DNA of 64,000 nt from the NCBI RefSeq assembly GCF_009914755.1, contig NC_060938.1. One strand, 5' to 3'. Shown piece after piece: positions 1 to 11,975 of this stretch. Under the pieces are notes generated by a model, which ran no database searches, was not told the origin of the DNA, and saw only the letters and a program-made list of their open reading frames with translations. The first letter of the stretch is position 1; each line of letters starts with the position of its first letter. A program made the translations under genes and the position numbers. Source of the DNA: the human T2T-CHM13v2.0 reference genome, Homo sapiens.

Positions 1-1194
1 CCCCTAGCATAGAGTCAGTTTTAACCTACACGTGCTGGAATATATGTGGAAAGGGTGGATTGGAAGAGTGGTTGTCTTGATTACAAGCTCAGTTCATTTA
101 GTTTTCAGCCAGGGAAATGTGAACATCTATTCTTGTTCTGTCAGAATAGAATGTGTAGTGAAAACTATTTGTAGCATGATGGAGATAGAAACATTCCAAA
201 AGAGAGACATCCCGCCAGGTGGTGGAATACATATTAGAGGCTGTTGAAAAATTAAATACTGATCAAGCACTTAAGTACTGCAGGATTGTGGAAATACCAA
301 GAGAAATAGTTCTAAGAACTGAAAGTTGAAAAAGTGTATTTTGACCACCCCTGAGCAAGCTAAACAATATAGGATTGCATTTAGGCTAATGTGGAATAAT
401 TTACATAAGAAGTGAATTTAGAAAATGAAGTGATCTGACCTCATAGAGCATTTTGTCATATACTTTTTCTAATGAAGGAAGAATAAACTCAAGGATATTT
501 ACGCTATTGGGCCTACATTTGAAAACTTGAATTTATAAAATATTTTGTGCCAGGATTGATATAGGCCTTATTGCATCTAATAAGACACTACCACATGTCT
601 GAGCTTTCCTGTTAGCCGAAAAAACTGCTAGTCCCTGGATCTTCTCCCTACTTTCCACAGCACTCACCAAAGCAGGAGCCAGTAGGTCAGTGGGAACAGT
701 CTCTGGACTCACTTTTCCAGTGAGTCCCATATATTCCTTTGAAGCTCTTGGCATATTTTTAGATGATATATTCATAACTTGCTTCTCCTTCAAAATTAAA
801 TGTTCTATTTAGAATGGCTCTTGGGGATATAAATGATAATTTTGAAGAGCAGGATATTTGCTCCCTCAGATCTTTCCATCATTGAAGCCATTTAGAGAGC
901 AATAGTAGAGGCACAAATGATTCAGGTTACTGTAATGGCTCAGGTCATGGTAAAATGAGTGTCTTGGATGCCTTTCCTCTGTGTTTTATGTTTTTTTAAA
1001 ATGAGATGTCTTCATGACCTTGTAAATGAGAGAAAGTTCAAGGGGATCCGAGGTAAATGTCTGTCCCAGATCCACAGACAACTCAAGAATTTCTCAGGAT
1101 GTTTCTCAGTAGAGATAGGGAGTGGCTGGTTGGCTTTGTGGCTTTTCAAATCCCTTGCCTTCCGCTCCACTAAGACCTAGCAGTCCTCTAAAGC

Positions 1195-1620
1195 CTCATT
1201 CATATTTCCCTCTTTTCAAAAAAAACGTCTGAGATCATCCTAATTGGAAGTGCCCTTATGTCCTCTGAACCCTTACGGTACTGAACACTCTTTTGTGGCA
1301 TTTGTAGTTACTGCTCTGTACGGTGGCCTTGTTCATGAGTCTCTCCTCAGCTAGGTCGTCAGCTCCACAGTAACTGAAACTAAGTGTGATTTCTTTTGTT
1401 TCCCACCCTCTGGAGACAGTCCTGGATAGCATCAGTTCCTCCTTCTGTGTGTTCCCATAGCACTTGTACTTACTGTGATCAGGGGCAGTTCAGCCTCTTC
1501 TTATGTTCTTGATTTTTGAAAGGAACAGAGTATAGCTTATTCAATTTTGTATTCCTAACCCTTCACGTATAACCCCTGACATGTAGCGGCTTACTGACTG
1601 TTCAGATGAACAGAGTGAGT
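1195..1620 (+). mobile_element. L2 LINE 3' fragments (degraded)
   Basis: L2-like phrases (cccatagcacttgtac; ttcaattttgtattcc; cctgacatgtag...gatgaacagagtga). Confidence 0.45.
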
Positions 1621-3309
1621 AAAGCTGTAACTGACCTAATGAAACACTATAATATTACTTCTGAATATTTTTTTTTGCGTCTCTAGACACCTCCTGGAAG
1701 TATAACATATTGTTCTTAAAACCATTAAATGTATCGCTGACACATGGTAATCATTTATTTCAAAGATAATTTGAATGGTATTCTTGCATCAGAGACTTTC
1801 AGAGAAGGAGCCTAAGGCTACCCTTTATTAGATAATTCTAAGATGGGCTGGCTGACAGGCAATGCAGAATATCGAAAAAAGGACAGCATGAATTTGTCCC
1901 TGCTCTGCTGCTTAGGAGTGGGTGACCCTATGCAGGTCACATAAGTGCTCAGATAGTTACTCAGCTGTAAAGTAGAAATAAAAGCAATATCTGATTGCCT
2001 GTGCCTCTCTCTTTTTCTCTCAGGGTTGTTGGGAAAATAAAATGATACTGTGCACACAAAAGTACTTAGAAACCCATAAATTACTTTATGAAGGTAATAT
2101 ACTATCATGCTGTTGTGAAACAGGGTAATGCCCTATGGTGCTAACACTTACTTTTTTTGTGGTTATATAAAATAAGTAATCCAACCTATAATTAGGACAA
2201 TTGGCTGCTACCCAAATAGGGCCTCAAGTTCCACCTGTCACACCCAAATCTTGCAAAAAATGATTATAATGCTTAAACACAGTCTCCTTATTGTCACTCT
2301 AGTTTTTTTCTAGATGGAAAAAGAGAGAGGTGTAGCTAGTGAATTTTAAGTCAAGAGCAGAACACTCAGTTTTATTCACCACGCTCTTACCTAGTCCAGG
2401 TTCTCCATCGGTTTCTTCCTCCCCTGCCCCAACTAGCTTGATTCTTTTACCTGTGCCCTTTTTCTTTGACAAATTCAATGGTAGAATTTTTAGATTCTTG
2501 ACATTTTCTTACGTTGTGTTTTGTCGTATGCTTCCCCACCGCGCCCCCACCCCCATCCTTGTTATATTCCTTCCCTACCACACAGTCTGTCTCTCTCAAA
2601 TTCTGCTGTGGATGGAGTTGGACATGAATGGCTAAAGTTTCAGATTGTGGCCATCTTTGAGAAAATGACAGGGCGGGGGCCAGGACGAGGAGTAATGTTA
2701 TTTCTAAAAGCTCCCTGCTCAGCAACAATAATGACTTTTACATTCTAGCGACTTTTCTTTATCTTTTTAGCACCATACATACCGAAACTTGAATTACTTC
2801 CAAGCTCCAAGGAATGATTCCCTGATAGGCTTATTTAAGACTCCTGGAAAGTCAATCTGGCAAAATTTGTTTCCAAAATGGGAACCCTTTGAGAAAGGAG
2901 GTGTTACATTACTCATGTCAATTTGTGAACAGTAAAACCAATACAGTCTTCTGTAAAACAAGACATTTGTGTTTGGATTTATGGCTCGATTTTTCAGTTC
3001 ACTGTTAATTTGATTCTTGGAAAATAATAATGCTGTAGCTTGAAAGATGTGAGATTGTGGCTAGAGGGGGGTATGGCTTGAGATGAGACAGGTAGGGTTT
3101 ATGTCCTTGCTGACCGCCCCTAGTTCTATGGATTTTTATTATTACTTCATCTCTCGAGATCTTTCTTTATTGTAAAACTATGATATCTTCCTATCACGCA
3201 TATACAAATTAGCTGAAATGATGCTTGCTGAAGGTCCCACATAGTCTCTGACCTTGGAGAGGTGCTCAGTAAATGTTAGTTCCCATCTCATTTAGTCAAG
3301 TGGACCATG

Positions 3310-3830
3310 AATCAGGGTTCTTCAAATCTTTATGGGACAGAAATCCCATTGGAATTGGCTTAAAGGGGAAAAAAGTTCATTGAATCACTCAATGGAAAGT
3401 TCAAGGGGTATTTGACTGAGGCCCAGTATATCTAGTAGTTAAATGATGTCATCAAAACCTCCTCACTCCCCATCTCCCTTGTCCCATCTCTCAGTTCTGC
3501 TTTTATCTATGCTGGCTTCATTTTGGGGTAGCTTCTGACACATGGTGGAAAAAGCAACTATTGTAAATTTCTGGTATTATATGGTGCTTATATGTCATGA
3601 TTCCAGGCAAAAAAGAGGCACCCTCTCATCTGCGGCATCCAGCCACATAAAGATCTCTGGTCGTCTTTGTGTTGTGTGCCATCCCTAGATCAGTCACTGT
3701 CCAGGGGATGGAGTGACTTGATTGGCGAAGCCAATGCCATGTGTCCATCTCTGGATGGAGAGGCAGAACCATTTGGTTAACCACTTTACTGAATCACATG
3801 GTGAAGGAGATGGACTAGTTCCCATAGGTA
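3310..3830 (-). mobile_element. Ancient ERVL-type LTR, LTR33-like
   Basis: gacagaaatccca...ggcttaaa; aaatgatgtcatca; ccatctctcagttctgct; ccatccctagatcagtcactgt...gattgg resemble LTR33. Confidence 0.55.
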
Positions 3831-4924
3831 TGCGAAGTAGGCAAATAGGTAAGAGACATGTCCATTAGAGCTAGTGATCAGAGTTCCCAAAGACAGATAC
3901 AGCTGGCTGTAATATTTTACTGTGTGTGTGTATATGTGTGTACATGCATATGTGCTTCAAAGATGTCTTCAGTATGTTATGGTTGTGTATTACTTTAATC
4001 TCAGTGTGCTTCTGCTGAGGCCTGTGGTGTACTGCAGGCGGAATGAGAACTTCCTGAAATCATATACTGCATTTTGTATGTATGTAGAGGAAAAACATTT
4101 TTTTGAGTTATTGTTATACAATATGTTCTCTCCAATAAAATTACTAGGGGATTTTTACTTTATAAAATTCTGCAAGGTCTGGCTTGTCTTCTGCAAAGTG
4201 TTGGGAAAACTTTAGAAAAGGTCCTTTCACAACTATTTTTGGAACATCAGCCATATGGTTCAGATACTTCCTATTTCTTCCAGTGGGACCTCTTTCCGAA
4301 TTAAGTAGAGTGAAAAGGAAAACATTGGTTTTTGAGACTTGGCTAAAATTATCTGTGTTTTTTAAAGTTTGAACTAATTACTTTGTGGGAGCTTTTGTGT
4401 TTGTAGTTGATAGCTTACCAGTTGTGGTGCATGCTAGTATAAACAAAGGGTAGAAGAAACTAGCTGTTTACATATTTCTTGTTATTTCTTCTGCATGAGG
4501 AACTTCTATTGTGTACTGCCATTTTGCTCCTTAATTCTGCTTTACTGCACCCAATTCAAACATCGGAAGCAGAAGGAAGAGCTTCCCTGTGTCTTCTAAT
4601 TATATTATTTAACTTATCAAAGATCAAATTGGTTTACTCAGCACTGGATAGAAACAATTGGGCTATGACACTCTTTTTAAGAGGGATAAATCATGTGACC
4701 TTCGTTCTAGACTTGGGAGTTACGTGTAGACTTTTATACTAATCCTAGATCCGGGGCTTATTTCTTCTGGCTTTCTTAAATCACAAACTGTCTCTCTCTC
4801 TCTCTCTTTTTTTTCCCCCTCTTCCTCAAAATTTGTTGTTACCTATACAAGGATATGATGCTGTAAGGATTAAATTGCTCAAATCAAGGCAGGAACAATG
4901 TGCTTCTAAAATGGATTATCTTTT

Positions 4925-5075
4925 ATTTCATTAGGTGTTAAAACTGGAAGAGACTTTGAAGATTCTCATCCTGCCTCTTTAAGGATAAACAGGTTCAAAC
5001 AGGCTATGTATCTTAACTAAAGTCACAGAGCTACTAAGAGGAACAGAGTTGGGACTAGAGCCTAGGTTTTCCTTT
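4925..5075 (-). mobile_element. MIR SINE
   Basis: MIR core aaagtcacagagcta...gttgggactagagcctagg. Confidence 0.6.
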
Positions 5076-5384
5076 AGACTAGTAATATTTTTTTCCAGCT
5101 ATCCCACATTTTCTCAGGAAAAAATTTAACAAATTATCCCAAAAGCTTTATTTTCTTTATGATAGATCTCAAATATAATCTCTCTAAAGGCAAGAACCAA
5201 ATTGGTCTTTTCCATTATTATATGCCTAGTAGCAGTGTTAGAAGCAGCAGCAGGGGTAGAATAATAATAATAGTAACAACAACAACAACAGACATGGGCA
5301 CATGTCACAACCAGAGATGGGCACATAGCATTGGCTTTGCCAATCAAGTCACTCCATCCCCTGGACAGTGACTGATCTCTTATA

Positions 5385-5812
5385 GAAGAGCTTACTATGG
5401 CCAGACATTATTATTTGTACTTTACAGATATTTATTTAATCTGAACAAAAACGCTGTGTGCTGGGTACTATTATTATTATTCTTTGAGACAGAGTCTCGC
5501 TCTATCCCCCAGGCTGGAGTGCAGTGGCGTGATCTCGGCTCACTGCAAGCTCTGCCTCCCGGGTTCACGCCATTCTCCTGCCTAAGCCTCCTGAGTAGCT
5601 GGGACTACAGGCACCCGCCACCACGCCTGGCTAATTTTTTGTATTTTTAGTAGAAACAGGGTTTCACTGTGTTAGCCAGGATGGTCTCGATCTCTTGACC
5701 TCGTGATCTGCCTCGGCCTCCCAAAGTGCTGGGATTACAGGTGTGAGCCACCGTGCCCAGCCGCTGGGTACTATTATTATTTTCATTTTACAGATGAGAA
5801 AATTGGGCTGCC
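5385..5812 (-). mobile_element. MIR interrupted by an AluY
   Basis: gagcttactatggccagac...tttaatc lies to the left of the Alu and ctattattattttcattttacagatgagaaaatt to the right. Confidence 0.6.
5482..5762 (-). mobile_element. AluY
   Basis: Full dimer with Y-type positions (gcaagctc, gggttcacgccattctcc, gttagccaggatggtctcgatctc). TSD GCTGGGTACTATTATTATT at 5460-5478 and 5763-5781. Confidence 0.93.
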
Positions 5813-6139
5813 AGAATATAGAGCCTAGAAATATATGTAGAAGGTACTCAGTAAATATTTGATGAAAGAACGAATCCTTGAAGTTCAAAGCACTTTCATA
5901 TTCATTATATAATGTGATGACAATAAGGGATGGTATTTTTCTGAGGACACCGCAGCTCAGAGATTTTAAGGAGACTCACCAAAGTTAGGGGGATAGTTAG
6001 TGGTAGGGCTGGGAACTACTTTGATCCTGGGCTGTGACCTTGTTAGTGTCATCGGTGGATTCCTATAAAAGCACATCCAAAAGGTAAGTGGCTAGGGAAA
6101 TTCAGAGTCCAGGCAGTATCTGGTTTTGTATTTACCGAC

Positions 6140-6775
6140 AGATCAGCCATTCCAGCTTTCTTCACTGCTTTGTGTAGGTCCAGATTTCTGTTTGGTCTCA
6201 ATTTCTTTCTGCCTGAAGAACTTTCTTTAAAGAGTGTTGGACTTTGTTCTGGTGCACAGATCCTTTTTAGACTGCCTTTAAGCTTTTTCTAGAGCAGCCT
6301 GAGTCTAGGACCCTTTTGAATACTCTTCCTGATGTTTATGTATTACAAGGTTCTTCTACTCAGGCTGGTGGAAATGCCAGTCATTTCCAGCCCTGAGTGA
6401 GCCCCACATCCATGTGCAGATCAGTACTCAGCCTATAATTTGAGGTGACTCCTTTACAGATATCAAGAGCTATGGCTGCCTCTGATTCTCTGAACTTTTA
6501 TCTCTGATCCCTCAATTCAACAAGACCCTTGAACTTGGTTTGGATTTCCTCTTTCTGCACAACAGCCTGGAGTAAGGGCAATCCTAGGGTTTGCCTTACT
6601 GGATGTTTCCTTTCTCTCAGCAATCACTGGTCTGTAGTACCTTTGTCCAGTGACTGAATACAGCTGTTTCATATATTTTGCCTGTTTATTAATTATTTGT
6701 AGTGGGAGAACAATTCCTATAGTAGTTAGTCCTTCATGGAATGGAAGTGGAAATCTGGCATCTTGTTTGAAGTTC
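6140..6775 (-). mobile_element. Ancient L1M 5'-region fragment
   Basis: ttctttctgcctgaagaactttctttaa; ttcctttctctcag...atcactg; tttcatatattttg...; tccttcatggaatggaagtggaa are typical of old L1M 5' sequence. Confidence 0.5.
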
Positions 6776-6917
6776 CAAACATTAGCATCCCAGGGATACC
6801 TGTATGTCCCTGTTTCTCAAGAGCACAGATATCACCCTCTGCTTCCTTTTACTTCTTTCTATTTGATGCTCCCTATTTAAGGGAACATGGAAGTTACTGG
6901 TAGACTAAATTGCTATT

Positions 6918-7222
6918 TGATATGGTTTGGCTGTGTCCCCACTCAAATGTCATCTTGAATTGTAGCTCCCATAGTTCCCATGTGTTGGGGGAGGGTCCCA
7001 GTGGGAGATAATTGAATCATGGGGGTGATTTCCGCTTTCACTTGGCTCTCTAATTCTCTCTTGCCCGCCACCATGTAAGACATGCCTTTCATCTTCTGCC
7101 ATGATTGTGAGGCCTCCCCAGCTATGTGGCACTGTGAGTCCACTAAACCTATTTTTTTTTTTTTAATAAATTGCCCAGTCTTGGTTATGTCTTTATCAGC
7201 AGCCAGAAAACAGACTAGTACA
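6918..7222 (+). mobile_element. THE1 (MaLR) solo LTR, THE1A/B-like, internally deleted
   Basis: Runs TGATATGGTTTGGCTGTGTCCCCAC...CAGACTAGTACA with a perfect 5-bp TSD CTATT (6913-6917, 7223-7227). 305 bp long. Confidence 0.93.
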
Positions 7223-7319
7223 CTATTTGAAGCAAGCAGAATATTCACTCTTGCTTGTTGAAGATGAGATGGAAAAACAGACCACCCCCTCTACAACATA
7301 CACTCACTCCCATGCTGTT

Positions 7320-7495
7320 TCTTTTCTCACATAGCTCCTGGAATGCTGAGATGGCTTGAGAAGCCGGGGGTGTATGTGGATGTGAACTGATTATAAGCTC
7401 TGTGAGGGCAAAGCACACATCTCTTTTGTTCATCCTTATATACCAAGAATGAACAGGGGAGTGGACACCACTGCCTTCTTGAATGAATGAATGGA
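7320..7495 (+). mobile_element. L2 3' end
   Basis: gattataagctctgtgagggca...ttgttcatccttat...ttgaatgaatgaatgg. Confidence 0.55.
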
Positions 7496-8989
7496 AATAT
7501 ACAAATTAGTACACACATGCAGAATTGTGAATCTGGGAGTGTGTGTTGGGGGCAGGGAGAGATTCTTAACTGCCTGTCAATTGTACCTTTTTGAGGAAAA
7601 ACCAGTTTGACAGCTGTGTGAATGTGTACGTGTGGTGTGTGTGTGTATTTAGGTTGGTGAAGTATCTGGCATCACTGTCCTGGTTGCTTTTCCAGTATGA
7701 GCAAGTGCAGTTGTTAACAGCATGTTTTTCCACAAAGGGACTGGCTTTTACGTGACACTACCCAGTGAGGTGGGGCAGTGTTTTTAAGAGGAGTATCCAT
7801 AAAGGCTAGTAGCCAGGTTAGCAAGAACATTTGTCACAGCTCTGCTTGCTGGTGATGAGTAGGAGTTGAACCAGTGAAGACTGGCTGTCCTGGTTGATAA
7901 TTTTTGTGGAATGGAAAGTGGCACCTGTAAGATAACTGATGATCTCAGGGAAGGGAAAAGGACGGGGGGGCCAGGGGAAAGGTGATGTATGTAGAAATCA
8001 TGAAATGAATGTATAGGAGTTAAGCATTTTTTCTACTGTGTCTTCACGTGGATCAAATGCATCCTTCAAATGCAAAGACTAATTTTCCTCCCTTTGTTAT
8101 TTTGGGGTCTCTTTTGATGTCATACCACCTCTTATTTTGGCATTAACTTTCATGTCCTTTGCCTTTATCATTTGTGATCAGCTGCTGTGTTTCCATTTGG
8201 TGCCCTTTTGTAATTTATACTTTCAATACTGTATTGCTTGCTTGTTTAAGTTTGGGTCAGAAGCCATGAATGTGACAGGATACAATGTATTGCTATTTCA
8301 GTAGCTTTAGAATCTTCCTTTAAGTAGCAGGACCTTGAGATTACCAAGTGAATTTATTCCTGTGGAGTCAAACTTTCTAATAAATATCCAACAAAATATT
8401 ACCTAATTAGACACTTTTAGTCTTTTATATAATATTCCTAGGGCCACCACCCAGCAAGTAGATGTTCTAAAGATAAGGATAGTAATATCTACTTCTGTAG
8501 CAAAAAAAATACAATGGATTTAAGAAAATTCTAAATTATACCATTTAGGTGAAAGTGAGCACCTGGCATTCTGTCACTAAGCAATGAATTGGGGTGACAT
8601 TAATGTACAGAATTGTCTCTAGTGAATGGTTTGGTAGCTTTTCCCCCATCGCCCCATTGTAAATTGATGACAAATTTAAAAGAAGAAAGTCATTGCTCAT
8701 ATTAGTGTTGTACAGTTGAACAGATTGTTTTCATTTTGAGGACTAACAATTGTAGAGTTGAGTGTAGTAAAGTGGAAAATTGCAGAAATGAAAGCATTCT
8801 ATAAACCATTCTTTAATTACTTTCAGAGCATAGCTATTCATTGACAGTGGCCTGTGTTTCTAGAAAGACAAAATGAGACGCTGAAGAACTCATTGCTTAT
8901 CTCTGATTAATTGAGATAATTAATGGACTTAAAGTGCATTGAAAGTGCCTAGCATGTTGAAGAGGGTTGATAAATTAAAGTTATTTAAA

Positions 8990-10520
8990 TTATTTTTCAA
9001 ATTTACCATTTAGCCGTTTTTCTGTGTACAGTTCAAAGCATATTCACATTGTTGTGAAACATACCTTGAGAATTTTTCATCTTGCAAAACTGAAACTCCA
9101 TACCCACTAAACAAAAATTCCCCATTTCCTGCTCCCCTGTCCCCTGGTAACCACCACTCTACTTTGTTTCTGTGTATTTGAGTACTTTAGATACCTCATA
9201 TAAATGGAATCATACGGTATTTGTCTTTTTGTGTCTGGCTTATTTCACTCAGCATAATGTCTTCAACATTTACCCATGTAGCATGTGACAAGTTTTCCTT
9301 CCTTTTTAAGGCTGAATAATATCCCATTGTATGTATATACCACATTTTATTTATTTATCTATTGATGACATTTGGGTTCCTTCCACCTCTCTGCTATTGT
9401 GAATAATGCTGTGATAAACATGGGCATGCAAATATCTGTTCAAAACCCTGCTTTTAATTCTTTTGGATATATTCCCAGAAGTATGGTTGCTGGAGCATGC
9501 AGAATTATATTATTAATTTTTTGAGAAACCACCATACTGTTTTCCATAATGGTTGTTCCACTTCATAATCCCAGCAACTGTACAGGGTTCCAGTTTCTCC
9601 ACATCCTTGCCAACGCTTGTTATTTTCTGGTTTTTTGTTTTGATAGTAGTCATCTTAATGGATGTGAGAAGATATATTATTGTGGTTTTGACTTGCGTTG
9701 CTCTAATGATTAGTAATGCTGAGTGTCTTTTTATACGCATGTTGGTCATTTGTATGTCATCTTTGGAGAAATGTCTAGTCAAGTCCTTTGCTCATTTTTT
9801 AATGGAGTTATTTGGTTTTTTGTTGTTGGATTGTAGGGGTTCTGGATATTAATTCCTTAGCAGAAATAATTTTCAAATCCAATGTCATAAAATTTTTATG
9901 TATATTTTCTTTCATAAGTTTTATAGTTTGGGGTCTTATGTTTAAGTCTTTAATCCATTTTAAGTTAATTTTTATGTATGATGTAAGATAAGGGTCCAGC
10001 CTCATTCTTTTGCATGCAGATATTCAGGTTTCCCAGCACCATTTGTCGAAGAGACCCCTTTCGCCATTAAATGGTCTAGTCTCCCTTGTCAAAGATCATT
10101 TAATCATATATTTGAGAGTTTGTTTCTGGGCTCTCTGTTCTATTCCATTGGTCTCTATGTCTGTCTTTATGCTAGTACCATGCTGTTTTGATTACTGTAC
10201 TTTTGTACTGTTTTGAAATCAGAAAGTACAAGACCTCCAGCTTTGTTCTTCTTTTTCAAGATTGTTTTGGCTATTCAAAATCCTTGAGATTCCATATGCC
10301 TTCCTGGATGGATTTTTCTGTTTCTGCCAAAGATGCCGTTGGGATTTTGATAGGGATTGCTTTCAATCTGTAGATTGCTTTAGATAGTGTTGTCATCGTA
10401 ACAATATTGTCTTCCAGTCTATGAATATGGGATGTTATTTGTATCTTCTTTAATTACTTTCAGAAATGTTTTTTAGTTTTCAGTGTACAAGCTTTTCACC
10501 TTCTTGGCTGAAAGTTAATT
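8990..10520 (-). mobile_element. L1MB-type LINE-1 (L1MB3-like), 3' UTR and end of ORF2, 5'-truncated
   Basis: Minus-strand ORF2 remnants RLDPYLTSYIKINLKWIKDLNIRP and RHFSKDDIQM...VGKDVEKLEP. 3' UTR motif ttttcatcttgcaaaactgaaactccataccc. Confidence 0.9.
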
Positions 10521-11216
10521 TAATTTTTAAAAAGACTAGTTTTACAAACAAATAATAGCTAAACCACTCTAAACTTTCAGCGACAGGTTGATAATTAAGG
10601 AGAAAAAATGTAATCCAAGCTCATGTTAAAAAAAAAAAACAAGGAATTACAATGAAAGCAATTTCCATTTCCTTCTGTAGAAGGAGCCACTCTTAATGGG
10701 TTTTGGTATCTTATTTTATCACATGCTCAATAATTTCTTTGCATGTTTAAACAAGTATATCCATTTTACATTTATCATATACCATGTTGTGCAACTTGGA
10801 TGGTTATTTAATATTGTTACTCCTTTAACATACCAGAAAAGATTTTTTAATTGAGTGTACCCTAAATCATTTAAGCAGTACTGTATTGAAAGCTTCCCGT
10901 ATTTAGCCACTGATGACTTTTGCCTGTTTAACAATATTCCTCAGAATCTGAAGTCTAAATATTAACTTCTGTCCAAATACTCTGGCTTGGTAAGTGAGTA
11001 GGAGTAATAATTTAAAATAGAACTTTCCATGTTATTTCACTTAGAAAAAATTTTGCAAGAGAGGCAGTCTCTTTAGTGTTTAGTTGTCTTGAATTATCCA
11101 ATAAAGCAATTAGTGTTCACACCTAATTATTTAGAAAATTACAGAGTTGGGTGGAGAGGACATGTTGGGTAGTATCAGCTTCCTTCACATTTCCCTCTTG
11201 ATGACTGTGGAATGAT

Positions 11217-11245
11217 GTTTTGTTTTGTTTTGTTTTGTTTTGTTT
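11217..11245. repeat. (GTTTT)n microsatellite
   Basis: About 5-6 pentamer units, read directly. Confidence 0.9.
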
Positions 11246-11673
11246 GACTCAGGCTTAAGTAAAGAGTGTAGTAATCCACTTACAGTAATTAAAATTCAGT
11301 AAAGATCTTTCTTTGCTTATTGTTTGTCTCCTGCAGCTTCAGAAGTGTTTGTTTAGCTATGTGAATAACTTCCCAAGGATATTTAGCACATGGAGAGGAA
11401 TCCCCAGTGAGAAAACACACTCTTTCTTGCCGCCGCTGGTAATTTCTGTTTTGGTTGATGATTAGCTTTGTTTAATGAAAAGAGATTATATATGTGACCA
11501 GTTTACACACTCAACACATGTGCTTTTGTGTTCTTGGCTGCTAGTCTTATAATTTCCTCTACCCCTTCTCCATCCTCAAGGTCTGTGCATTATTTTTATT
11601 TTGTATAGGGCAAGCAGGTTTAAAGTGCAGATTAAAAGGAAACTCCTTTGTTTTCCTGAGAGTCCATCCCTCA

Positions 11674-11975
11674 TTTTTTTGTTTTGTTTTGAGATGGAGT
11701 CTCGCTCTGTCGCCCAGGCTGGAGTGCAGTGGTGCGATCTCGGCTCACTGCAACTTCCGCCTGCCTCCCGGGTTCACGCCATTCTCCTGCCTCAGCCTCC
11801 CAAGTAGCTGGGACTACAGGCGCCCACCACCACGCCCGGCTAATTTTTTGTATTTTTGGTAGAGACGGGGTTTCACCGTGTTAGCCAGGATGGTCTCGAT
11901 CTCCTGACCTCGTGATCCGTCTGCCTCGGCCTCCGAAAGTGCTGGGATTACAGGCGTGAGCCACCGCGCCTGGCC
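11674..11975 (-). mobile_element. AluY (CpG-rich, low divergence)
   Basis: Full dimer with Y diagnostics. TSD CATCCCTCA(t/g)TTTT at 11665-11678 and 11976-11989. Confidence 0.94.

Noticed and set aside
2535-2695. GC-box and a few CpGs suggesting a promoter
   Set aside because: Too short and CpG-poor for an island. No CpG island exists in the window, so the main DAAM1 promoter probably lies upstream.
7948-7977. Possible G-quadruplex (GGG-GGG-G7-GGGG)
   Set aside because: It has a long loop and is isolated with no promoter context, so it is expected at background frequency.
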